This document shows positions 54,159-64,000 of a DNA stretch of 64,000 nt, piece after piece. The stretch lies in contig NW_020843442.1 of assembly GCF_003704095.1 (NCBI RefSeq), forward strand, positions 1 through 64,000. Direction: 5' to 3'. Below the pieces are notes generated by a model. It was not told the origin of the DNA, did not search any database, and saw only the letters and a list, made by a program, of their open reading frames with translations. The stretch comes from Pocillopora damicornis (lineage: Eukaryota). Each line of letters starts with the position of its first letter. The stretch's first letter is position 1. The position numbers and the translations under genes are program-made.

Positions 54159-57022
54159 ATGAGCCGTGAGAAGCCATCTGTGTTGATAGACATTATTTCT
54201 GACACCGTCTGACCATGGTAAGTACTGGTAAAATCGATCAGGATTGAAATGATGAGTCATTCTAAGCGTTAACAATTCAGTGAAGCGCAACACTCGTCAG
54301 CTGCATGCCCTGCCGTCAAATCTTGCAACGAACGAGAAGAAATTGCTGTGCGAAGCCGTGATTAAGACGAAAAAATCTTATATCGTGATTAGGAAAAGGA
54401 GAAGTAAATTTGATACTGAAAACGGGATTTCACGGGCCTCGGCAAAATATGCCTTAGATTGTGTTGGAAATCGTTTCCAATTAAATCTTCGCCCTTGGCG
54501 CTCACACAATTGCAATTTTGGGGAAGACCTCAAAAACGCTCTACAGACTGCTAAAAGATATAGGAAACATCCCAAAATTATTCAACGAAAAAAATCTGAT
54601 ATTGGTCAATTTGCACACGGAGAGGTGTACAAAATTGAAAATCAGTGGGTGAAGAACTGTAGAAGAAAGGGCCTCTTAATTTATTCATGGAATCCTGTTG
54701 TGCCTTTCTTAATTCTTGAAAGCATTTTAAGTGGCCCTGTATTCCTTAAGCTGTACTACATTTGGTGATAAACTTTGAATTTGCTCTCCCAAGGCCTTAA
54801 TATTCCCACACTACAGAGCAATGTCAGGCTACATTGCGTTTTAAAAAGATTAGCATCTAATTGTTTTTTTATTTGTGGAAGATCGTGTTTGTCACACTTT
54901 TTTCAGATAGAATGATCATATCCCTTTGTTTTCCTTCAGGTGTTTTGTTGGAAAACGCCATCTGGAGGAGGCCATGAAGGTGTTTTCCAACGACTTGTCA
55001 TTTGTGGTGACATGGAAGCCTTTCTTCCTGAACCCTACAACTCCTGAGGCTGGTATACCTCTCATTCAATACCTGACACAAAAATATGGACCAAGGGCAG
55101 GTGCCATGGCCAAGGATGGGACTAGTCCTCTGACAAAAGCTGGGTTGAATGTGGTAATGATTATAACATCATTTTTGGTATCTAATGCCACATCAAATTT
55201 GGAGCTCCCACATTTTAAGAAATAGAGTACCAAAACAAGCTCAAATTAGTTTCCTACTTACTTTTTAGAACTCCATCTACCCATGGATATACTGAGACTA
55301 TAAGGCTAATAATGCCCCCCCCCCCCCCTCCCTTAGATAAGCAAAAAAAAAAAATTGATCCAGAGCAGAACAGGTAATGAACAACTACAATCATATGAAA
55401 ATTCAAGCTGCAGTGGGCAGTTATAAGAGTGCCACAGAAGATCAAAAGCTCCAGATTCTAGCCATGATTATATCTTTTGTTCATATCCTGGAGCAAGACA
55501 CTTGACTGTCACAGATAACCCTCATGTAACCATGTGACCCCAAAGAGTGACCAGCATCAAAATTCTCCTTACAATATTATTCCTGAATTGTACTTTAGGA
55601 TGACAAGAATAAAGGAAACAACCATTAACTAAAGAAGCTTTTGATTGTTAAACAAATTCTCCTTGTCAGCACTATAGGAAATGTATAGAGAACAGTATGG
55701 AGAATATGCATACTGATGTTGGGGTGTAAAGGGCTAACCACACAGGAGTACAAAGTGTTAGGTATCAACAAACAGTCAGGGTAGTGTACAAATTAGTGGG
55801 ATGTCACTGCCTATGTTGGATGATTATGGTCCAGCAGAGTACTAATTTATCTTATGTTCTTCTTTCTCATAATAGGGCATCAATTTCACAACAGATCGTC
55901 TCATAGTCAACACTTTAAAATCTCATTGTATGCTGGATTATGCCAAGTCAGAGGGGAAGCAAAATCTTCTGGCAGAGAACCTTTTCAAAATATATTTTGA
56001 ACAAGGAAAGAATATCAATTCCACTGATGTTTTGGCACAAGTTGCAGTAGACACTGGGCTCAACATAGATGCTATGGAAAAGTGAGTATCTTTGTCGATA
56101 ATCTTACCCCTTTCCTACATACGAAAGATTATTGAAATATGATTTTAATGCTAAACTTAAGTATGCTCATTTCCTTGGGCATGAGCTGTTTTGTTATTAT
56201 TTACTTGACTAGTTGTTGTATTTACTTTTTAAGATGTTACCACACTTCATATGTCCATATTACTACGTCTTTGTGCATAGGTCATTTGTTCAGTCAGTGT
56301 AATAATAATTTCTCATTAGTAAATGGTTTGAACCAAGGGGTAATATGTGATAGTGGAGTCTGATAGTTGGGTTTAACAAGTCAGTAAAGCCTCTTCATAT
56401 GAGCCTCATTGATCAGGCAGGCCTGGTTTTCAATATCTCAGCGCATCCCTAATTCTCTTAAAAAATCCTGATGTGTTAATATGAACAGGTGATCTGGCCT
56501 CGGATCCTGAGATCTCGGTTTTTCCCTGTAAGATCTCAGGAACCAGGCCAGAAATGTTTTTAGCCCCTTCTCTCATTTAAGTACACAGATTGAAATTTCT
56601 CACATGAACCCAAGACAAAATTTGTCTTGGTTAACAAGCCAGCCTAGTCAACTGGGCTCATGTGAAGAGGCCCTGAGTCATTTATTAAATCCTATTCAGT
56701 CACTCATTTTATAAATTTCCTATGGAAAACATATTTGGTTTTTAAGTCCAGTTCATGTTCTGAACAACACTCATTATTTTATTAGCCAGTTGTTAACAAT
56801 GTTTGCATCTTATTTAGGCACCTGAAGGACAAATCAGTTGTTTCACGAGTGCAAGAGGAAGCCATGGAGGCTCATGATGAAGGAGTCCATGGAGTGCCTT
56901 TCTTCAACATCCACCTTAAAGGAGAAAGCCAGAAGATTGCTGGATTCTCAGGTGCACAACCACCTGAGACATTCAAGAGTATCTTCCAGCAGCTGCTGAA
57001 TAGATTCAAAGCTAGTGTTTAA
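54159..57022 (+). CDS. DsbA/FrnE-like thioredoxin-fold oxidoreductase, probable selenoprotein (UxxC). Exons 54159-54217, 54940-55153, 55876-56081, 56818-57022; 227 aa with Sec18
   Basis: MSREKPSVLIDIISDTV(TGA)PW|CFVGKRHLEEA...WKPFFLNP...NTLKSH...YFEQGKNI...GVHGVPFF...SGAQPPETF. The exons total 684 nt, in frame, with strong GT-AG sites. Confidence 0.9.
55528..55738. mobile_element. Second near-complete copy of the TTAA/CCC-ended MITE family
   Basis: Extended similarity to 10449-10659. Confidence 0.75.
56386..56673. mobile_element. MITE with short terminal inverted repeats in DsbA-like intron 3
   Basis: GCCTCTTCATATGAGCC ... GGCTCATGTGAAGAGGC. Confidence 0.6.
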
Positions 57023-57333
57023 GGTCACACTTCTGACGTAGTTCTACTCTTTTGCACATTGTTAGCTAATAATACTTTTGAAAAAAGAAGCTTTTAGAGC
57101 AAGGGTTTTTTCAGCATTATGGTATATATATAATCAAGAAAAAAAAAGTCTTCTAGGTTACTCAAATCCAGTTTCTGTGGCAATATTTTGACCACTTTCC
57201 TTCTGGTTAGCTTGGCTTGTGCTCATCCAAAGCCTGGATATCTTAAGAGACCAGGCATTGTCTTCTGAAAACTTACCTTTGTTTTAATGCAAGGCTGCTA
57301 ACTCTTCTAGTCTTCTTGTACTTGATGAGTTCA

Positions 57334-57392
57334 AGTGTCTAACATGATTACCTTTGAGAAAACATATTCTCAAGGGTTTGATGATAAGAATT
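57334..57392 (+). promoter_or_regulatory. SECIS element candidate 1 (type I, AUGA_AA_GA)
   Basis: ATGAT at 57344-57348; helix ACCTTTGAGAA pairs with TTCTCAAGGGT; apical AAAA at 57359-57362; 3' TGAT at 57379-57382. Paired by hand. Confidence 0.75.
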
Positions 57393-57582
57393 ACAAGGAA
57401 TTCAAGACAGTACAAGACAACTGAAACTTAAAACACATTTCAATACACGTTGTATGACACAGTTTAGGCCTACAGTGATATGTTATTTCTTAAGATGGAT
57501 GTAGTTAGTTAAAATTTCAAAAGAATGCAAAACCCATTGGACCAAGCAGGTTAGAAAGCTGTAATGTTTTATGAGGCTTGGA

Positions 57583-57664
57583 ACAGTAATGTCAGTGAAG
57601 GTCTGTGACTAAATGATTATCTTGGGATAAATTTGTGGTCATTCTAAGATTTGATGTTGACTGT
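57583..57664 (+). promoter_or_regulatory. SECIS element candidate 2 (type II, GUGA_AA_GA)
   Basis: GTGAA at 57595-57599; GGTCT/AGATT helix; AAA at 57611-57613, 11 nt from the core; mini-stem TGATTAT/GTGGTCA; 3' TGAT at 57652-57655; lower helix GTCA/TGAC and ACAGT/ACTGT. The upper half of helix II pairs poorly. Confidence 0.45.
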
Positions 57665-58640
57665 CACAAAGATGTGGAGGGTGTTTGTGAGTGGCCTCAC
57701 GTTAAAATTGATTTGTAAAGGGACTTTTGCACCAGTCATTGGGCATATGAAAGTAACTGTAGACTTAATGTAGATGACAGCTTTGGAGTAAAAGTGCTTG
57801 CTAAAACTTCAGTGTTGCCTTAATTAACTAAATTTCACTCTGAAGAAGGGCTAATGCTCAAAGTGTCAGTTTTGAAACTCTTAGCAGTGGCCAATTTATA
57901 TTATCAACTCAACTTTTGCAACCAAAATCATCTTGCAAACAGTAGGTCAGCCATGCCATGGCACTGGGTCATATAGAAAATGGCTTGTTCAAATAGTTTG
58001 TAGAAAACGTGATGCTTCTATCTGGACACAGGATCACCAAGGGCATGTGATTTAAATGACCATTTTCAAGCATGCAACCAGTTCTGACAAAGAGGGGTAA
58101 TTTCCCCCCCCCCCCCCCCAGCCCCATCTTAATCAGCTTATTTAGTGTAAAGTACCACTAGTTTGTGGAACATACCACTGGAATCGAAATCCTGTCGGAA
58201 ATAGAGTAAAAATAATGTACAAGGGCCTGTTAGAGTGCAATCTCGTTTGCAGCCAGTTCTACCTTAAGTAAGTAATAAGGAACCCGACTCTTCCTCCCAT
58301 TCCACTCCAAAACCTACGGCTTGGGGAAATGAGAGAGCCTGGGCTCTATGAAGCTGGAACTCATGGTCCCGACGAACTAAAACCCTCATTCCCCAACCTC
58401 CCTTCCCCTTCCCTTTATTCTCTCCTGCGTGCTACAGTCAAATATAAAACAAACACAACGTAACAACATCGACTCACCTTAGATATGAAATTTTATTAAA
58501 AAGTATATAATTATGTATTCACTTTTGAAGAGCGCACGCTCATCTCTTCCAATAAATAATTTCTTGGCTATGAAATGACCGTTAAGAATTACAATTCATT
58601 TATAATCCGTCCACTAAATAATAATTTCTCAGATTGTACA

Positions 58641-61600
58641 TCAACTATCGCCATTGGTTGGACTCACGTTAGCGACGCAAACAATCAGTCTGCTCTTGAT
58701 TAGGTGTGTTTCCACAGTGAGTTCATTGCTTGGTAATTCACTGTCAAGACTCAGGGGGTACACAGATCTGTTACCCTATAAACAAAAGGCAGACACTCGA
58801 TAAGTAATTAATCAGCCAATATTTTGCGTCTAGTGTGGCGTCACGTCTTAGCTTTTCGTCATTCATCGGATACAATCGACTCGCGCTAGGAATGAATCGT
58901 TAAGGGTCGGGTCTGGGACCCGTTTCTCGAAGATCCCGGTAACTTATCGGGGCCGTAAAGCACTTCTGTTTTCATTCAGTACGGGAGTTTATAAGACTTC
59001 GGCTAAAGAAACAAAATGAATTGGTTAGGGTGCCAGAATCTGCTCCGCCATTCTTCATAAATTTTGATTCTAAATATAGCTGTGAGCCCGTTAATTCGCC
59101 GGGACTTTCGAGAAACGGGCCCCAGTGAAATGAGATTGTCTATACGAGGATATCTTCCTTAAAAATTTGGAATTGGGCGTTGGGCATGGTCAGGCCCAAA
59201 TCATCAAACAATCCAAAACATCAAACAATAACCCCCCAAAAAACGAATTTAGACGGCTTTCCTACCAGTTACCGCTACTGATTATGGATTAATAGGAGTA
59301 TACCGTGTATTTCCTCAAAGCTACAAGGCTACTTGACTGTCCGGCGAAGAAAAGCTGTTAATAGTTGCGGCAAAAAGAATTGAAATCTAGGAAGATTTTG
59401 TGATATGAAACGTGATTTAAAAAAGAGGCTCGTGAACAAAGGCGGAAAAAGCTATTTTCCCACAATACTGACCTGAACCAGTGGATACTGTATACTGGAA
59501 TTTAGCAGTATTGAGCGTACTCCATTGTCACCGCAAAAACTAAGACATACTTCATCACCGTAAAAATCAGCTTTCACACAAAATAAAACCACTTTGGTGC
59601 CTATAAGAGATAGAGGCAAATATGTAACAGTTGTTGATCGGCATAGACATACTGGGAATTGCTGGAAACTTAAAGAACATGAGAGACAGTTTACTTAGTA
59701 AGTTTAGTTTGGTTAAGTTTGAAGAATAAACTGATCAACTGGACAAAGTGCTGGAAAAAAAAAAGCAACAACAAGGTAAGTTACACGTTATCGACACAAA
59801 TGCTGATATAATTTACCTGGAGGTGCTTTATTCGAGTTATATTTGATAAGGAAAGTCTCCCTGTCTTTCTCCCCCGGAGCAATACAGCGATACGGCATAA
59901 CCAAGGGGAGCCGTAAAGTTCCGGCTGATTCCAGACATTTCCCCAATGCAGCTTGTAAAGTGTTGTCCATGCTATTAAAAAGGTTGAGATAAAGTAACGC
60001 TAAAAGAATTAGTCTCCCGATAAATAGATACCTTTGCCTTAGATAAACCCTCATAAGTCAATGTAATCTTAACAGTTTTCGGAGATTTCTATAAGATCTA
60101 AAGGTAACCTATCCTTTGTCTATACCATACGATATCCATTCCCCATCTGCACAATCAAGCAACACTCGAGGAGGGAGACTGGGTACCTAAGTCTAAAATA
60201 ACTGAAGAGGAGAAAGGGGGGCTTCAGTCTCTCCACTTCATTCTCTCCTGGGTAAAGCTAAAGATAAACTCACATTGCTAAAGAAAAGATGACTAATAAG
60301 ATCTAACCTTTTTTCGTGTTCTGAGAGCAAATTTTGTATTTCAAAATACTGGTTTCTCACAGCGATTTGTATAGCGGTCTGCTCGTAGTTTGACTGAACT
60401 TTTGTGTCCACACCATGCTTCAATAACACTCCAACAACTTCCTCATGGCCTTTCTTACACGCCTACCAAAAATATACCATAAGTGAAAGTTCATTGTCTA
60501 ATTATCTATTCCTATAAAAAAAGCACGTGTGTTATTCACGATGACCACTGACCCTCATGAGTGCCGTCTCGCCTGCCGGCTGTTGCCAATTGATGTGGGC
60601 CCCACACTCTAGCAGGATTTGCACAGTTTCTGGAAAACCCTGAAAAAAAAACGATAAACTTAGTAGTGCCCATTTGTACTTCACGAAGAGGATGTCTTCC
60701 TCAGCGGAGAACACGCGAGGAGTAACGAGCCGGAAGATAGCTTCAAAGGAAACGACTACCAACCACTTAACAGTCATTCCCTGTCCAGCCTTTTCTACAG
60801 TTGTTCTTTATCACACCGCGGTTAGATTATTGAAAATGAAAAACCAAAATCACATTGGATTTTAAGCCAAGACACAATCACTTAAAGGCTCCTCGTCCGA
60901 GTCGAATGGAAGTTGGAGGTTGGAAGTTCGAATGGAAGGCGGATCGTTGAGATGAAAACAAGAGAACCACGAGAAAAATCCTCGGAACATGGACAAGGGC
61001 CGACAACAAATTCTACCCAAAGAGGGAAGAGGAGGAGCAGACCACAAGGCACAACACGGCGGTGGGAGGCGCGCCCTTTCTTCATTGCACTATCCCTACC
61101 CGCCAAACATTTCTCCACAGACCTGTTCTGCAGCATGCATGAGTGCTGTCATTCCGGTTCTTTTCTGATCAGTGTTTACACCAGCTCCTTTTTTCAATAG
61201 AAGCCTCACGATGTCATCCTTGCCACAAGTCGCGGCCCACATGAGTAGTGTCATTCCTGATGCAGTGTCGATGGTATCCGGATTGAACCCAGGCACAGCA
61301 AGAGCACGCCTCACCAGCAGGGTGTCGCCGTCTCGAATCGCTTGTTTCAAGGCGGCTGAAAGAGACAAGCATCAAGATTTTGTTGGACGAGCTAAATCGT
61401 GGTTTCTGGGTCTTAACTTATTCAGCCTAAAATATTCAAGTTCGTCATTTATAATCCATTTTAATCTTAGCCATCCTTAGCTATCCTTGTACATTATCCT
61501 CTCTTTCTCCCGCACGTCCCTCAAAAATCCTACCCGTGTTTCCCACCATAATGATCAAAATGTAAACCTGTTACCAGACCCATACGGCCAAAGCAAAACT

Positions 61601-62504
61601 ATACACGCGACACCCAACTACACAGTTTACATGGGGCAGTTCCCAGCCCCTCCCCGCCAGGTAAAATGCAAACTTGTGATAGAGGCGGAAGGGACAAATA
61701 TGCCATAAAAACAAGGCTTTCACTATTTGTAACCAAGTATTCTTGCTTGTGCGGTTTAAATAAGTTTCCCGAAAAAAATTTGTACAGTTTATTCGGCAGT
61801 GACTTACTCCATGAGAGAATCAGAGGTTCTGCGGCTGGGGAAGGAGCTCTATCACTAACAATCGCTTCCTGCAAAGAAAAATTACATACATTTTAGAAAC
61901 CATATGAATTAAACTTACTTCATCCACCTGTTTCCTTATAAACCCATATTCAAGCATACTCTTACGTACAACATTTTCACCAATGTTTGAGCCGACTTTT
62001 CTCGTAAACCAATTCTGATTCAGTTTCGGGAGTTTTGGGAAGGCTACAATACAGTATTCAGCTCAAATGGATTTTTTGTGAGCTGATAAGATCGGTTCGA
62101 ATCCATAAACTATGACATCACTCCTCTTACCGTGCGCGTTGACCGAGAAGAACCTGGAGTCTAAACAGTGAATGAGACTCGTCAGTAAAGCATTTCAGCA
62201 TAGTATGCATATATAATATACACCTTCCTCTATTACCTTTTCAAATATACAAGAACAGAAATACGTACCATTGATATGGGTAAGTATTATACTTAAGGAA
62301 TATAATCAACATGCGCGGCTCTAAATGGAAAAACCACTTTGGCTTTCTTTTTGGTCCATATCTACAGTTTCATGTTGCCTTTTTGGTGTAAGTTTGGCTT
62401 ACCTCGACTTCGTTAAAGAAAGAATGTGGCGAAAAGTCATCCAAGTCGAACTCAAAATCACTTAGATCATCCTCTCCTTCTGAAATGTCTTCCATTCCGC
62501 TGTC
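58641..62504 (-). CDS. MPHOSPH8: MPHOSPH8/MPP8-like protein, C-terminal part (ankyrin repeats plus MPP8 C-terminal beta domain). Exons approx. 62504-62403, 62160-62131, 61868-61808, 61355-61123, 60639-60553, 60462-60308, 59972-59817, 59600-59473, 58775-58641
   Basis: LKQAIRDGD...SGMTLLMWAATCGKDDIVRLLLKKGAGVN..GMTALMHAAEQ..TVQILLECGA..QQPAGETALMRACKKG and KADFYGDEVCLSFCGDNGVRSILLNSSIQYPL are collinear with vertebrate MPP8 as recalled. No chromodomain exon was found in the window. Confidence 0.78.
58915..59123. mobile_element. MITE with GGG(A/G)CCCGTTTCTCGAA terminal inverted repeats (Harbinger-like)
   Basis: GGGACCCGTTTCTCGAAGATCCCGG ... CCGGGACTTTCGAGAAACGGGCCCC. Confidence 0.75.
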
Positions 62505-62703
62505 CTGTTACCAACAAAAGAGCAAACAAGTAAACAACGGAATATTTGAAATGAGCAATATCTGACTTGTGGATAATCCTATCAGATGGACCACTCAATA
62601 GTTGCGAAAGTGAACCACACCGAAAAGGAATTATGGTATTAACCGGGGTATGCTTAAACCTCTCCCCTCCTCAGGGGATAATTTGCTTCGAACATGTCGC
62701 TTC

Positions 62704-62852
62704 GTAGCTCAGTTGGTAGCAGACAGTGCCCAACCTATCTGACAGGCATGGGTTCAAATCTCGTCGATGCCCAATTTCATTTGTTAGGCTTTACTTTCTG
62801 CGGTTGGGTTAATTGCAGTCGAAATGTTGAGGTCGGACAATTCGTCCCAAAA
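62704..62852 (+). mobile_element. Degenerate tRNA-derived SINE
   Basis: GTAGCTCAGTTGGTAG (A box), GGGTTCAAATC (B box), then a body and an AAATAAATAAA tail. Confidence 0.55.
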
Positions 62853-64000
62853 ATAAATAAATGGATAAAAAATACACGATGCCTTCCCAAAGGTCCTGTC
62901 CTTTCAAATGAGAAACACGACCTTGCGAAGATGCAACTTACATCTCACTCGAAAAAGTTGAGGTGAAAAAAGAGACGACAAATTGTTTAGTAGAGTACCT
63001 CATAAACCAAAATCGTCCACGTCTCGGGTCTAAGTCCTTGACACAATTAAAAAAAAATTTAGTCTACATGTTTTATCATTCTAGCAATGTCCTTTAATGA
63101 CGACTCGCTACTATGTAATTACAGAGTTCTGTTTTATCTCTTTGTACTTAATTTTATTTACGATCTTTCTTTTCATTCATTGATCAAACCTATTTTTCCT
63201 TCCTTTTGTTCATTTTGATGGAAACGGAATATGTTATTTTTCAACAAAAATTGAAAAAAAATTTCAAAAGAGAGTCCCACATGATTTAATACGCCGTACG
63301 TGAAATATCAACACAAATGATTAAAAGCACATTCTATCGCAAGAAACTAGAAGTCGTGGAAACCATTTATGGAAATTCAAACTCACACAAAAACAAAAAC
63401 AAAATTCTTCCTGAAACAATACATGTTCAATTGGAAATTCATTAATTGTCCCTATTTTTCGCTATTTACCCACCAGATTCTAGATCTTTTATCCAAATCA
63501 TATTACCTGAATAAAATGTGCTGATAAGTCTTTCAACGGAATGTAAATTAAGAAGCACGAAGACAGTATATAAAGCACCTGACGTCAAAATGGATTTTTT
63601 TCTCGGAAACCCTTCAAAAAAAAAATTCATTTGATTCAGACCCTCAATTTGCCGAATACGACAGAGAGATTTAAATATTCTTTTCAATCAGTCCATTTTT
63701 CTCTAGTTCAAAACATCCGTGTAGGAAAATATGCAGCGAACTTCGATGTTGAGAGATGGAGATTCAAAATCAGAGCCACGTAACAGATGCGATTCAAATA
63801 CATATGATACTATTAGTGTTTTAATAGCGAATCGCTGCTTTAATCGGAAAGACACGAAAGCTGGAGTATCGAACTTGACAACGTGACAAAATTTGCATGT
63901 GATCCCATTGGGGAAAAAACATTAATATAAAATGCTTGAATAATAGTATTTCGTTCCAAGAGAAACTTACCAAAATTCTACCATTTTCCCCGTCACCTTG

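Noticed and set aside
54280-54768. 162-aa ORF inside DsbA-like intron 1
   Set aside because: GTG start, no recognisable motif, and it does not provide the IDIxSD-C/U-PW segment; treated as a chance ORF.
54159-57022. DsbA-like gene as a pseudogene with a premature stop
   Set aside because: The only stop is a TGA at the catalytic Cys position, all exons and splice sites are intact, and SECIS-like hairpins follow.
54159-57022. Bacterial contamination or very recent horizontal transfer of the DsbA/FrnE gene
   Set aside because: It has three spliceosomal introns containing host MITEs and a eukaryotic-type 3' UTR SECIS.
62505-64000. Upstream exons (chromodomain) of the MPP8-like gene
   Set aside because: No chromodomain-like or convincingly spliced coding segment was found by eye.

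Overview
AT-rich, intron-containing eukaryotic DNA. The repeat content and gene style suggest a cnidarian, probably a scleractinian coral (inference). The window has five N-gaps and ten spliced protein-coding loci: AMD1 (5' truncated), a divergent Rab head-to-head with MGME1, Akirin, ZMYND11, RTN4IP1, trifunctional GART (split across a gap-flanked, oppositely oriented segment), ARL13B, a DsbA/FrnE-family thioredoxin-fold gene and an MPHOSPH8/MPP8-like ankyrin gene (5' end not found). The main result is that the DsbA/FrnE gene has a 59-nt first exon, missing from the ORF track, with an in-frame TGA at the first position of the redox motif (UPWC). Its 3' UTR holds two SECIS-like hairpins, so it is a probable selenoprotein. 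Other points are an AT-AC minor-spliceosome intron in AMD1, a HUSH-core MPP8-like gene in a probable non-bilaterian, an altered PWWP cage in ZMYND11, a Q-to-E switch-II Rab, and several MITE/SINE families. All exon boundaries were read by hand, and no database search or folding program was run.
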